The position numbers and the translations under genes are program-made. The notes under the pieces were generated by a model. It was not told where the DNA came from, made no database searches, and saw only the letters and a program-made list of their open reading frames with translations. From Octopus bimaculoides (lineage: Eukaryota), in assembly GCF_001194135.2 (NCBI RefSeq), contig NC_068984.1, positions 70,807,025-70,871,024 of the forward strand: DNA of 64,000 nt. The letters run 5' to 3'. Shown piece after piece: positions 40,739-53,248 of this stretch. How positions within the stretch are numbered: position 1 is the stretch's first letter; the number at the start of each line of letters is the position of its first letter.

Positions 40739-42960
40739 GAACAAAATGGGTGCTGACAAGGCTCATATGGACGCAAAGACCAACCCCACGGAACAAAAAG
40801 GGTGCCAACAAGGCTCATATAGATGCATAGACCAACTCTTAATCAATCATGTGACCCTTGAGAACTGTCACAACAAATGCAGAAATCTCAGTTCTGCATG
40901 GACGGATTATAAAAAGGCCTTTGAGACCATACTGCATTCATGGATCTTGAAAGAGCTGGATATCTTCAAAATTTCTTCTGTGATTTCAAGCTTCCTGAAG
41001 TACATGTCATTGTAGAATATGAACCTCTGACTATACCACTCTAATGGAGTACTGACAACAAAAAATATTAACATCAACTGCGGCATTTTCCAAGGCGACT
41101 CACTTTCACTTTTAATTTTCTGCATAGCACTAATATCACTTACAAGTGAACTTAACAGAACAGGGTATGGATATAAAATTGGCAACTAGAAAATAAGACA
41201 TCTATTTTATATGGATGACTTAAAACTCTATGGCAAAGAGAATAGTGAGCTTGTAGGACTACTATATACTGTGAAAGCATTCAGTGATGACACTGGGATG
41301 GAATTTGGTCTTGATAAGTGTGCCAAGGCCACTTTCCAGAAAGGGAAACTGAATACCTCACATCCAGTGGAGTTGGATGTTGATACAATCATAAAAGAAC
41401 TCGAGCAGGAACAAATTTACAAATACCTCGGAATAAATAAGGGCATTCAACATGCAAGTATGAAAGAGAAAATCAGGAAGGAGTGTTACAGGAAAGTTCG
41501 AGCAGTCCTAAAATCTGAGTTAAATGCACGTAATAATGTGTTAGCTTTAAATTTCTTAGCAGTTCCAGTTGTTATTTACAGTTTCAATGTGTTGAATTGG
41601 AATATGAACAAAATAAGGAAGATTGAGAGGAAAATCCGTAAGCTGCTGACTTGCAATACGATGCACCACCCAAAGGAAGCTGCAGATTGTCTTTACCTAC
41701 CCAGGAGGTTGAGGCTTGATCCAATTTGAAATCTCCTACAAAAACCATCTCAAATAAACTGGCAAAATATCCAGAAATATCTAATGACTGGATGCTAAAA
41801 CTGGTTGCAAACAAGGAAAGACATAAGAAGTTTCATTCTGTTATTATCCTTCATAAAATTTTCAAGTGAGTCTATGCATAATACCCAAGTTGAACAGCAT
41901 GAGGGAAGTGCAGCAACTGTAGCTGCAAAGAAGGTGAAATCAAGGGCAAAGGAAAATGCACATAAACAATTGGCTGATAGGTGGGAACAAAAACCTCTGC
42001 ATGGCAAATATGTGGCCTGTAGTTGATGTAGACCAGAAGCATACCCATCAGTGGCTATGGAGCTCAGGGCTAAAGGCAGAGAGTGAAGGCTTTATCTTGG
42101 CTGTCCAAAATCAGAGCTTACTGACCTGGAACTATCAAGCCAACGTGAGGAAAAATGGTGTTGACCCAAAGTGCTGATGCTGCAATGATGGGGTAGAATC
42201 AGTCGACCACCTAATCTCTGGATGTAAGGTTTTAGCACCTATAGAGTACAAATCAAGACATGATAGAGTTGGCCAATATCTACATTGGATAATGTGTCAG
42301 CATTATAAAAACAAAACTGCTTACATATGGTGCAAGCACCAATCTGAGGCTGTAACTGGGGGAGAAAATGTAACAATTCTTTGGGTCTTCCCAGTATGTA
42401 CAGACCGGACCATCAAAGCAAATGAAACAGATATTGTTGTGAAAGACAAATGCAATAAAGTCTGTTTATTGATTGACATGAGCAAACCTTATGACCATAA
42501 AATCTCAGCAAAAGAATTTGATGAGTTCAGTAAATATAAAGATTTGCTAATCGAAATCAAAACGGCGTTCCATCTCAAGATAGTTACAATATCAATGATT
42601 GTAGGAGCATTTGGAATGATCAAAAAGGAACTGAAAATTATTTAAGAATCATGCCTGGCTTACCATCCATGCAGGAAGTACAAAAAGATTGTCTTAAGTG
42701 GTATGTCACATGTATTGAGAAGAGCACTGTCGATGTTAATTTTCTTTCCTTTTCGTCCCTTATTTTATTTGTTTACTTAGCTGTTTTTTCTTTTTTTTCT
42801 TTTTATCTCTGTCATCTCCTTTTTCTCTATCACATGACATTGTAAATGAACAATCTGGTGTGTTTTAATGGCCTACCAATGTATACAGTACCTTTCTCTG
42901 CCCAGGTGTCAGGAAGACACTTGGCAAGAAATGGAAACAGAACTGAAAGATGCTAATGAA
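40739..42960 (+). mobile_element. 5'-truncated R4/Dong-clade non-LTR retrotransposon (RT, CCHC knuckle, restriction-like endonuclease), pseudogenised
   Basis: EQKGCQQGS..CIDQLL, DYKKAF, GIFQGDSLS, FYMDDLKLY, YKYLGI, knuckle C*CCNDGVESVDHLISGC (42172-42225) and ILW.FPVCTDRTIKANETDIVVKDK..CLLIDM; several stops and frameshifts; (AAT)n on both sides. Confidence 0.93.
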
Positions 42961-43028
<68 letters not shown>

Positions 43029-43035
43029 TAATAAT

Positions 43036-43550
43036 AAACCAGGCAGTGGATATGTTAGCATTTACATTGTTTTTTTATGGTATAAAAGACTGGCTACAGC
43101 AAATATTCTGCTCAATACCACAGATTTGCATGTCAGTCATTTGACCCTAACCAATTGAGCATGTCCCTTGATTGCTGATGATATGTGCATCGCTGATCAT
43201 GAGCAGAAGTAGTGGGGAGCATCATAGCCATGCATTGAGAGGAATTCTTTGGGGTTTGGATAATTCATCTTTGGAAACATGGGTGTTTTGTTCAACATCC
43301 TTAAACAACCCTTATTCAGGGACCTTTTGAATGGGAACGGGCTACTCGATCTGAAGAAAAGTCTAACTGGGCTCCAGTTGCAAGGTCATGTGCTGTTTAT
43401 CTTGATATGAGATCACCCTGTCGTGCACTATATTTGTGATGCATGTACCTAGTCTATCCTTCTCAGATGGGTAGTCATGATGGGTACACTAGGCTTCATA
43501 TATTTTACCCCAGTGTCACTTTGATGGCATGCATTGCTCTATCACTTAAT
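43036..43550 (+). mobile_element. Roughly 520-bp repeat (inferred 3' UTR of a second R4/Dong family), copy 1
   Basis: Colinear with 43870-44435 and 49668-50215; ends cacttaataacaat. Confidence 0.85.
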
Positions 43551-43571
43551 AACAATGACAATAGAATTTGG

Positions 43572-44435
43572 AGCATGTGAACAGTAAAGGTCGATGCTTT
43601 GTAGCATGCAAACAGTAAAGATCATGCCTATAGTAATTGGTGCATTGATAACAGTAATCCAAAATATAGACAAATGGATGAAGAAGGAGAATGAAATAGA
43701 ATGCCTGATAGAGCTCCTACAGAACGTTTGTCTCTTAAGGACAGCAATGTTTATCAGAAGGATTCTAAGGACTTGAAAGTCTGTTGAAAACTTGTGGATA
43801 CCTAAGGTTCCAGGTAGTAACCTGCTATCCACATGATTCCTACCAGGAGTAAAACCGAACCTGAACCAAACCAAAATATAAATGTCCTGTTACAATACCA
43901 AGCAGTGGCTCTCATAGCTTGTGATCTTAACTGAGTGGAAGTATTATCATGTTTTGTAATGTTTGTAAAAGATGGGCTATAGCAAACATTCTGCTCAATA
44001 CCACGCATTTTCATGTCAGTTGTTTGATCTTAACCAGCTGAGTATGTTCCTTGGTGGTTGACAATATATGCATCTCTGATCATGAGTAGAAGTAGTTGGG
44101 GAGCAACATAACCATGGGTTGAGAAGAACTCTTTGGGGTTTCAATATTTCTGGAAACATGAGTATGTCATTCAAATATCCTTAAACAACCCATATTCAAG
44201 GTCCATTTGTGTGGGATGAGCTACTCAACATGAAGAAAATTCTAACTGGGCCCCACCTGCAAGGTCATGTGCTGTTGACCTTGATATGAGATGTCATGCA
44301 CCTATGTCATGCACATATGGATGTGATGCCTAGCCTGGTGTACCCTTATGAGACATGTGTTCATGATGGGTACGTCAGGCTTTGTATATTTTACCCCAGT
44401 GTCATCTTGAAGGCACGCACTGCTCTTTCACTTAA
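43572..44435 (+). mobile_element. 3' end of a second R4/Dong-like LINE: endonuclease C-terminus fused to the 520-bp repeat (copy 2)
   Basis: Translates IMPIVIGALITVIQNIDKWMKK...IECLIELLQNVCLLRTAMFIRRIL (cf. VIPIVIGALGTV...LQKACLLGTARIIRKVL), then runs without a microsatellite break into the repeat, ending cacttaataacaatagtaat. Confidence 0.8.
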
Positions 44436-44779
44436 TAACAATAGTAATAAAAACAGACAATAGTCATAAATTACTACAACATCCTTATTTGTTAAATGCA
44501 CATAAATATTTTTCTTTTCCTATATAGCAATATATTGCAAAAGATTACATACTATATTTACAACAGCATTCAAATGACATACTGACATACATTAATACAA
44601 TATTAGTCACTAAATTCCTATGTATATTCTGAGAGATGCATCAGGCCTATTACCTATGCATCTCTATACATCTGCTGATATATATAGGTAGGCATGGTTA
44701 GATGAAATTAATTAATAAGAACATTCAGGAAAATAGTTTTTTTGGAAACAATTTTGCTAACATTTTCTGAAACATCATA

Positions 44780-45041
44780 AAATAAATAATAAATGCGCCC
44801 TTTTAAAGCCTAGCCAGGCTCATGGGCCTGGTTTCCTGGTTTCAATGGCGTATATTTTTCCTGGCTAGATGGGACGCCAGTCCATCGCAGTGTTACTCAT
44901 TTTTGCCAGCTGATTGGACTGGAGCAACATGAAATGAAGTGTTTTGCGCAAGAACACAACGCGTCGCCCGGTCCAGGAATCGAAACCACAATCTTATGAT
45001 CATGATGCTGACACCCTAACCACTAAGCCACACACCTCCAC
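44780..45041 (-). mobile_element. Young tRNA-derived SINE, family C, with perfect 14-bp TSD
   Basis: TSD tctgaaacatcata at 44766-44779 and 45042-45055; A box tggcttagtggtt, B box ggtttcgattcc, core ctgcgatggactggcgtcccatc, AT-rich tail. Confidence 0.92.
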
Positions 45042-46430
45042 TCTGAAACATCATAGTGGATTTAATTCTAATTGCAATTCCATGAAGATTCGGCTCTTGA
45101 AACTGTTCTCTGTTACACTTTAATTAAACCATTGTGGACTTTTACTATGCAAAAACAATTTAGCTAGAAATTTTTTCCTGTTGGAAAATTAGATCATTAA
45201 CATATTTTATTCACAATGGATGTAATAAACAAAATTTAAATATTTTTCAAATTTGTCCAAATTTTAAACATACATTTCTGTATGTGTTTATGAATTAATG
45301 ATTAACAAAGTTTTAGTAGTATTCATTAGTATTTAGTATTATTTATTAACACTAGGTAAACAAAATATAAACTTTTTCAATCTACATAATTAAAAAGATT
45401 TACAGTTTCCAAAATTTGGAAACAAAATCAATTGTTTCCTTTCTTATTCTCTCAGGTATGCTTTAATTACATCGATGTTGACCTAGGCATCTTTGTTTGT
45501 AGAAATAATGCAATATTATTTTGCTAAAAAGATTAGAATATTTATATAATTTATAAACTTATGCATGCTTTTATATAAATAAACACCTATAATAAACAAC
45601 TAAATAAAAGTCTTAAAAAATCTAATATTTCAAACCAATAATCAATTGGAGTAGATTGGAAAATGATTTATTTGTAATTTTGTTTATGTATATACACCGT
45701 AAATAATTTTGCATACTTTAGATATAAGCATAAGATAAGGACTTTACTACATTAAGTATATTAATTTCAAATTATGTTTGGCACTTTAACACTCCAGTCA
45801 AGAATTATGAAAGAATTTGTTTTCCCACATTTCACTAGTCAATAAACAAAAAGAAAGCAACCATGAAAATCAATGTGTTATATGAACTGAGTAGAATAGA
45901 GTCAAATATTTTATTGACTTCAGAATATAACAGCATGCAGATTTTTCTAAAAATACAACATCAAATTATATGCATAATTCGTAATGAAACAAGTAATAGA
46001 AGTTAACTAAATTTCTGGAATGTGACAACTGAGAATTCTGTTAAAATAGAAAATAAATATTTCCATAAACCATACCTGAAAGAATCTTATTGTAATTATG
46101 TTGCTTTTAAATTTATTGTGTTGATCTCATTGGAATGAAAATGTATCTCTAAAAACTATATATAATTTTATTAAAGCAAAATTAATCTGCTGAATATGCA
46201 ACTTTTAGCAAAATCAGTTGAGTAGTGAAATATCTTGTGTTATATTCAGTTATAATCCTTTGGATTCTGAGTAAAAGTCTTACAGAGGTCACCTTTATAT
46301 TTCACTGTATCCAGACTGAAGTACCAGAGAGGTGGTCACCATACAGTAAAAAAGTTTGTTTTGCAACTATGTGGTTCTGGAAAATAATTATTCATGCTAG
46401 AAGCAGTATTAGTACCAAAAGGTAATCTTT

Positions 46431-46923
46431 ATGCCCAACATAAAGGAGATGTCTTGTTAGAACATCGAATGCTGCAGTATTAACCTTGAGAGGTTATCTC
46501 ATATAGATACATGGTTCATAAAAGTACAAACATGTATCATAGCAGATGATGAGAATCATCTGTTTTGGATGCCAGAACTTCCAGATCATGCGATTATTGT
46601 TTACTGCACTTCTTTAGTAGGTTTATTAAAATTATTATTAGCAATGGAAGCATTATTAGTATTAAAAGTCGTTCTTTATATCCTACTTAAACTAGTTGTT
46701 TTGTTGGAATACCAAATAATGTGGTATTAGCCTTCAGAAAGTTTAGTAGACTGAAATCACATGATCTGGCAGTTCAAGCACCCATAACAGAAGATAGAAG
46801 ATTCTCTTCTGCTATGATGTATTTCTGTGCTCTTGTGTATCATGTGTCTAGATGAGAGGACTTCTCAATGCTTATACTGCAGTATTCGGCATTCTAACAA
46901 GACATCCACATTAAGATAGACAT
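46431..46923. mobile_element. Old fold-back element with inverted arms of about 180 bp
   Basis: 46431-46609 aligns with the reverse complement of 46741-46923 (e.g. gatgtcttgttagaa, ctgcagtat, atcatagcaga, ccagatcatg); identity roughly 70-75% by eye. Confidence 0.8.
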
Positions 46924-47257
46924 AAAGATTGCATTTTGGTGGTAATATTGCTTCCATCTGTAATGGTTACTTTTTAATAAGCCTGCTGATTATTTGTGAC
47001 TGAACCGACGATGAAATTCTATATCATGTCAAGATTTGGCTGGTATGCAGTCACTGAAAGTCTGCCATTGAGGAAGTCTAGTAAACTGAAATCACATGAT
47101 CCAGTAGTTCTGGGACTCATAACAGACGATTCTTAACACACCTTAATCCTAATCAGTGATTCTCAATGCACCTAGTGTTAAAGTCATTTCACCTTGTCAG
47201 CTTATAAGATTTCTATTGAAATCATACACAGATTTCATAAATGGCAAATGTGAAAAT

Positions 47258-47862
47258 TATAAATAATATGGGTGGCTAATTTGCAATTTTATAACCTAAA
47301 GGCAGAAATATATAGGTTACAAAAGTGAACAAAGGGCACTAATCAGCACCAGTATTGCTAGAAATAACAGTCAAATCAACTCAATAGCAACAGAAGCACA
47401 ATCTTATTGAATTGACAAGGGAGACAAGCTCTCCACGGTTGAAGATATAACCAGATCATTGATGATTGCACAATCTGATGCTTAACACAACTAAATGCTC
47501 ATTATTAATTATAATTTTCACTTTTACTGTTTATGAAATGAGCATATGATTTCAACAGTATTCTAATAAGCTGTCACGGTGGGATGAGTTTAACCCTAGG
47601 CAAGGTGAGAGCCACCAATGAGCATTAAGATGCATTAAGCATCAAAATGCAAAATCATCGATGATCTAGCTGTATCTTCAAAAATAAGGAGCTTGTTTTT
47701 CTTGCCGGCTCATTAAGGTAGTGCTTCTGTGGCTATTGAGTTGTTTTAACTCTTATTTCTAGTAATACTGGTGCTGATTGGTGTCCTTTGTTCACTTTAG
47801 TGACGTATATATTTCTGCCTTTAGGTTATAAAATTGCAAATTAGCCAACCATATTATTTATA
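47258..47862. mobile_element. Fold-back element/MITE with 174-bp TIRs
   Basis: 47258-47431 vs the reverse complement of 47689-47862; the outer 60 bp are nearly identical (tataaataatatgg.tggctaatttgcaattttataacctaaaggcagaaatatata); TA ends. Confidence 0.9.
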
Positions 47863-47869
47863 TATATAT

Positions 47870-47918
<49 letters not shown>

Positions 47919-48222
47919 NNNNNNNNNNNNNNNNNNNNNNNNNNNNNNNNNNNNNNNNNNNNNNNNNNNNNNNNNNNNNNNNNNNNNNNNNNNNNNNNNN
48001 NNNNNNNNNNNNNNNNNNNNNNNNNNNNNNNNNNNNNNNNNNNNNNNNNNNNNNNNNNNNNNNNNNNNNNNNNNNNNNNNNNNNNNNNNNNNNNNNNNNN
48101 NNNNNNNNNNNNNNNNNNNNATATATATATTTCACTGAATTGTGTGAGCAGTGGCCAGAAAAACAAAACCCAAAACCCAAAATCCCTTCTATATTTGGAA
48201 CAAAGTTTCTTGTAATGTTGTT

Positions 48223-48662
48223 TTCACATTTTGGTACAAAGCCCGCAATTTCAGGGGAGTGGGTTGTGGGTAAGTAGATTACATCGACTCCAGTGTTCAA
48301 ATGGTACTTATTAAAATAAGTCCCAAAAGAACAAAAGACAAAAGTGACCTCGGCAGAATTTGAACACAGAATGTAAAGATGGACGAAATATCACTAAGTA
48401 TTTTTCCCCATGTGCTAACAATTCTGCCCTAAAGTTTCTTCTAATATTGTTTTCAAATTTTGGCACAAGGTCAGCAATTTGGGGGAGGGAGTAAGTCAGG
48501 ATAATCAACTCCATTGCTCATGTGGTATTTATTTTTATTGACCTTGAAAGAACAAAAGGCAACGTCAACCTCAACAGAATTTGAACACAGAATATAAGGA
48601 TGGACAAAATAATGCTAAGCCTTTTGCTTGGTATGCTAACAATTCTGCCAGCTCGTCACCTT
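48223..48662 (-). mobile_element. Two adjacent head-to-tail SINE family A copies (48223-48430 and 48451-48662)
   Basis: Each matches the reverse complement of 36602-36820. Confidence 0.85.
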
Positions 48663-49667
48663 TAAAATTTCTTGTAAAATTAATAAATACCAGAAATTTG
48701 TAAGCTTGCATCCATTACACAGCCACGTGCTTGGAGTTGAAACCACACATCACTTCCACCCCTACCAGTAGTAACACCGCTGCCATCACCACCACCACCA
48801 CTGCCATCCCTATTACTACTACTACTTAGAAAGCAGAATTTGAAGAATAGTAGATTTTTCAAGTAGTTCATTCTTAAGATGAGGGGCATTTACTATTTGT
48901 TTGTGGCATTAGATTATCATAATATATAGAAAGATTATCTTATTGCCAGTGAAAATATGTAGTAACTGGTGTGCTACTATTAATCCTGCTACAAAGTGAA
49001 GAACAGTGACATTGAAAAATGGTAGAGAGAGACAATGACATTAGATTCTCTTTAGAGCTTTGTGGAGAACAGTTAGCCATATAAATTATATATAGGTTTT
49101 TAATATTACTATTGAGAATATCTTACATGTAAATATACCCATAGAAACACAACTAGACATTGATGAAACAGTACCATCATGATACCAGACAAATAAAATA
49201 AGTTAAATATTTTCTGCATCCTTTCATATTGCCTTTAATTAGCAATAGCTGATTGCTAAGTTCACTTAAAAGTTTGAATAAAAAGTTTTGAAAATAATTG
49301 TATTTCCTAACAGGTTGACTCATTTGCATTGTTGGACAACATAAACTATCGTAGACAGTAACTGTATAGAAAGATAAAGCACCTGTCTATTGTCTACAGA
49401 GTGATAAATTCCAACCTTCTTAAATTATTGTGGTGGCTAGACACATATGATCTGCTCATCCTTCTTTATAGCTCAATAGTTAGTATTAAATTGAGCAACA
49501 ATGCATTAACTGATAATTTGCAATAATTTTTTTCTTTTTATAAATGCTGTTATGATATATTATTTTAAGGTAACAGAATATAAAATGCCCACAAGCATAT
49601 GGCATAGTGGTTAAGAGTGCGGGCTACTAACCCCAATATTCTGAGTTTGATTCTAGGCAGTGATCTG

Positions 49668-50215
49668 ATGCAGTACCAGGCAGTGACTCTCATGGTTTCT
49701 GATCTTAATTGATTGGAAGTGTTATCATATACATTGTTTTGTCTTGGTATAAAAGATGGGCTACAGCAAACATTCTGCTCAATACCACTGATTTGCTTGT
49801 CAGTTGTTTGACCATAACCAGTTGAGCATGTCTCTTGGTGGCTGACGATATGTGCATCTCTGATCATGAGCAGAAGTAGTGGGGGAGCATCATAGCCATG
49901 TGTTGAGAGGAATTCTTTGGGATTTGAATAATTCACTTTTGGAAACATGGGTGTCTTGCTCAACATTCTTAAACAAACCTTATTCAGGGACCTTTTGAGC
50001 GGGATGTGCTACTCGACCTAAAGAAAATTATAACTGGGCCCCACCTGCGAGGTCATGCGCTGTTTATTTTGATATGAGATCACCATGTAACGCACATATG
50101 GCTGTGATGCATGTGCCTGGTGTACACTTATCAGATGGGTAGTCATGATGGGTATAATGGGCATCGTATATTTTACCCCAGTGTCACTTTGATGGCATAC
50201 ACTGCTCTCTCACTC
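49668..50215 (+). mobile_element. 520-bp R4/Dong 3' repeat, copy 3, inserted into the SINE above
   Basis: Colinear with 43870-44435; ends cactc followed by (AAT)5. Confidence 0.85.
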
Positions 50216-50279
50216 AATAATAATAATAATGTCGAAAAATACCTTAGGAATGAGAATCCAGGTTCAAAATTTCCCCGTG

Positions 50280-50323
50280 ACACCTGATGAAGACTGGAGA
50301 GTATAACAGGCGAAACATTGTGT
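50280..50323 (+). ncRNA. Degenerate minimal type-I hammerhead ribozyme
   Basis: acac-CTGATGA-a-gactg/gagagtataa/caggc-GAAA-ca-tt-gtgt: stem I acac/gtgt, stem II 4 of 5 pairs, stem III ACAT (one transition away from palindromic ACGT). Confidence 0.6.
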
Positions 50324-51658
50324 TAACAACAAACAAGATGAGAACAAATATTGGTCAAATGTAAATAATGTAAATAAGAATATAAAATATCTCATATTAT
50401 CTCATCTTCTTCATCCACTTATACCTAGAACGTAGAGTTCTCAAGCATGTTTTCCATCATGCCTTGTCAGTAGCAACCATTTCCACTTGATCCAGCTAAA
50501 CCCTGAAGCAAAACCAGCCAAGCTCATGGATGTCATCTAACCATTCTGTTTGCAGTCTACCCCTGGGTCACCTACAAGTTGGTTTTGCACATAAAACCTG
50601 TCCAGCAATTCTTTTATAAGACATTCTTACCACATGTCTAATAATGAAGCTGTGATTTCTCAATTCAGAGAAGTAGTGGCTTCACTTGCAGCGCCTCTCT
50701 AATCTCTAACCAGCACACTCTATTGAGTAACATTAATCTAAAGACCCTTCAGATTTGAAATATTCTACTGCTATATGCTATATGCTATATGCATAGATAT
50801 TTTCCTGATTACAATCCTCATATTTGGCTTTAGACAACTATCAGAAGTTGTCTGTAAATATATGAAGGCACAGAAGAACTGCAAAATTAATGAAACATGT
50901 AGTTACAGAAATGTTGATATTTTTGTCGGGAATTAAGAATAAATAAATTCTAAGGCACTCACAGTGATGCAAAAATGCTAAAATTCAGTCATATTCAACT
51001 TCACACCCATAAAGAGAGGTATATTTTATGTAGTGAATCAATCTGCTAGAAATAGCAGTCAATTCTCTCACAAATCACACCTTATTATCTTGTAAAGGTA
51101 ATATGGATAATTGGATAACATGGTCATTGGTATTTTATGACTGACAAAAATGCAAGATATCATGGCTAGAACACAACTGTTCATGATGTCTGCTAATCAA
51201 AAGACCAATGCTGGCTTGGAGCAAAACAACAATAATTGTCACAGCTATGCTACTAAGTAAATACTGATTAAATGCAATATTTATGTGTTTGTATGTGTGA
51301 GTGTGTATGCATGTGTGTGCATATGTATGTGTGCATAATACAAGTATTGTAAGTAATCATACAACTTTATTAACTTTATGTATAAGATCAAACTAACCCA
51401 GCTTGTATATTTTATTGCTTCACATTAATGTTGTTGTTTTTTTATAGATTTATGATATTTTGATTGAAATTTCATGGCAATGTGAAACAAATGTGGCAAA
51501 ATCTAAAATGCATCTGACATTTGAATGAAGAGTTTTGAGCTGGTATACAAATGCTCAGTTTTGACACAAACCATTCAAAATACTGAACAATTTTGATGCA
51601 AATTAAAGTAAAAATTGGAGCAAAGAACGATCCAGTTATGAATAATACTTAACAAATA

Positions 51659-52040
51659 GGCACAGGAGTGGTTGTGTGGTAAGTAGCTTGCTTACCAACC
51701 ACATGTTTCCGGGTTCAGTCCCACTGTGTGGCACCTTGGGCAAGTGTCTTCTACTATAGCCTCAGGCCGACCAAAGCCTTATGATAGGATTTGGTATATG
51801 GAAATTGAAAGAGTCCCATCGTATATGTGTGTGTGTGTGTGTGTGCGTATGTATGTTCGTGTGTCTGTGCTTGTACCCCCAACATCGCTTGACAACTGAT
51901 GTTGGTGTTTTTACATTCCTGTAACTTAGTAGCTTGGCAAAAGAGACTGATAAAATAAGTACTAGGATCACAGAGAATAAGTCCTGGAGTCGATTTCTTC
52001 GACTAAAGACGGTGCTCCAGCATGGACACAGTCAAAAGAA
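51659..52040 (+). mobile_element. SINE family B, well-preserved copy
   Basis: ggcacaggagtggttgtgtggtaag (A box), gggttcagtccc (B box), (TG)n, tail ataagtactagg...ggagtcgatt...ggtgctccagcatgg. Confidence 0.9.
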
Positions 52041-53248
52041 TATAATTTTTTTAAGTCTGTGCATGTATACAAGAATTATTGATATGCAATCTCTCCCAAG
52101 TTACAAAAAACAAAATAAGAATGGAACTCTAAACTGTCAAATGCATATGAACCAGAACCTATTTAAATAATTTTCATGGTGTCATACATTTGCATACTCC
52201 TTTTTCTTTTGTTTCAGTGTTGAAGATGCAGTTCAGTTAATATATCATTAAATTATGTTATTTATCACCATAAGCTACAAACCAGATGTCTGTTCAAAAA
52301 AAACCTATCTAATTTTATTTTATTTGCTGAACTTTAGCTTAACATTCATGCATGTGTATGCGTGACTGAATGTGTATCACTTAATTTCCTCTCTACTAGT
52401 GGTAGAAAAAATATGGTTACAAAGTTAGTTACCAAAATAAGAGTAAAATCAAAAGTAAACGTGTCGTTTACACTTAGATAGAGTCCTCCTTAGAAATAAA
52501 GAAAAGCATTTTATCCTAAAAATTAAAATATGTAAAAAAAAATGCATAAATAAATGAAAGTTATTTGCTTTTTCGTTTTTTTTTTCATGCATGATTTGGG
52601 GTTTTATTTTTATTGAGTTTAAATTTCAAAAGGAATATTATCTGCATGGTTTGTATAATTTTTTCCTTCATTCCCACCTTCCCTTATTTCACATAATAAA
52701 AACTGTCTTAAAAACAAACAAGCACAATTAAATTTTGGGCAATTGCTGTTTATTTAAAATTATCTTCATGTTATCTAATCCCCATTGGAGTCCTTTGATG
52801 CCTGATCATTTACACCCAAATGATAAAAATAAAATATGTGCTTCTGAAGATTTTTAATTAGCTTCAGGCTAAATAAATTGAATTTTTCCTCCCCCCATCA
52901 AAAAAATAAAAAAATAAGACTAATGAACTTTATGATAGTGAATTTGGGAAACTGAACATTAGGGATATCACTTCAATTATCATTTGGTTGTTGGTATTGT
53001 TGATGAGCTTCCCGTTCCCATCAATTCTGATCAAATAGACTTGAGATCAAATAGATCCATGATCAAAAGTATTCTGGAGGCATCCATTCTTTCGTTTTTC
53101 CAGACATTTTCCAACAGGTTCTTTCTTTCTAAATATGATGTGTTGTGGTTTTATGAATATTTGTGCTGCTGATTCCAGCAGTGAGTGTGTAATGTGTTCA
53201 ATGTGCTGTGCTACATTAACAAATATAAATATAGTCATTAATCAGTAC

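Larger units (their letters stand above)
49587..50376 (+). mobile_element. tRNA-headed SINE with a hammerhead-like motif in its 3' half, interrupted by an R4/Dong 3'-end insertion
   Basis: 12-bp TSD agaatataaaat (49575-49586, 50377-50388); A box tggcatagtgg 49600-49610, B-box-like agtttgattct 49644-49654; tail repeats gtaaataat. Confidence 0.85.

Noticed and set aside
46071-46090. Minus-strand tctttcag|GTATGG as a recursive splice site; similar AG|GT sites on + at 45455, 30031, 39865 and 20016
   Set aside because: Short pyrimidine tracts; such motifs are expected by chance in AT-rich DNA and cannot be supported without RNA data.
49594-49665. tRNA gene
   Set aside because: A and B boxes are present, but there is no complete cloverleaf and it lies within a TSD-flanked SINE; the same applies to the other SINE heads.
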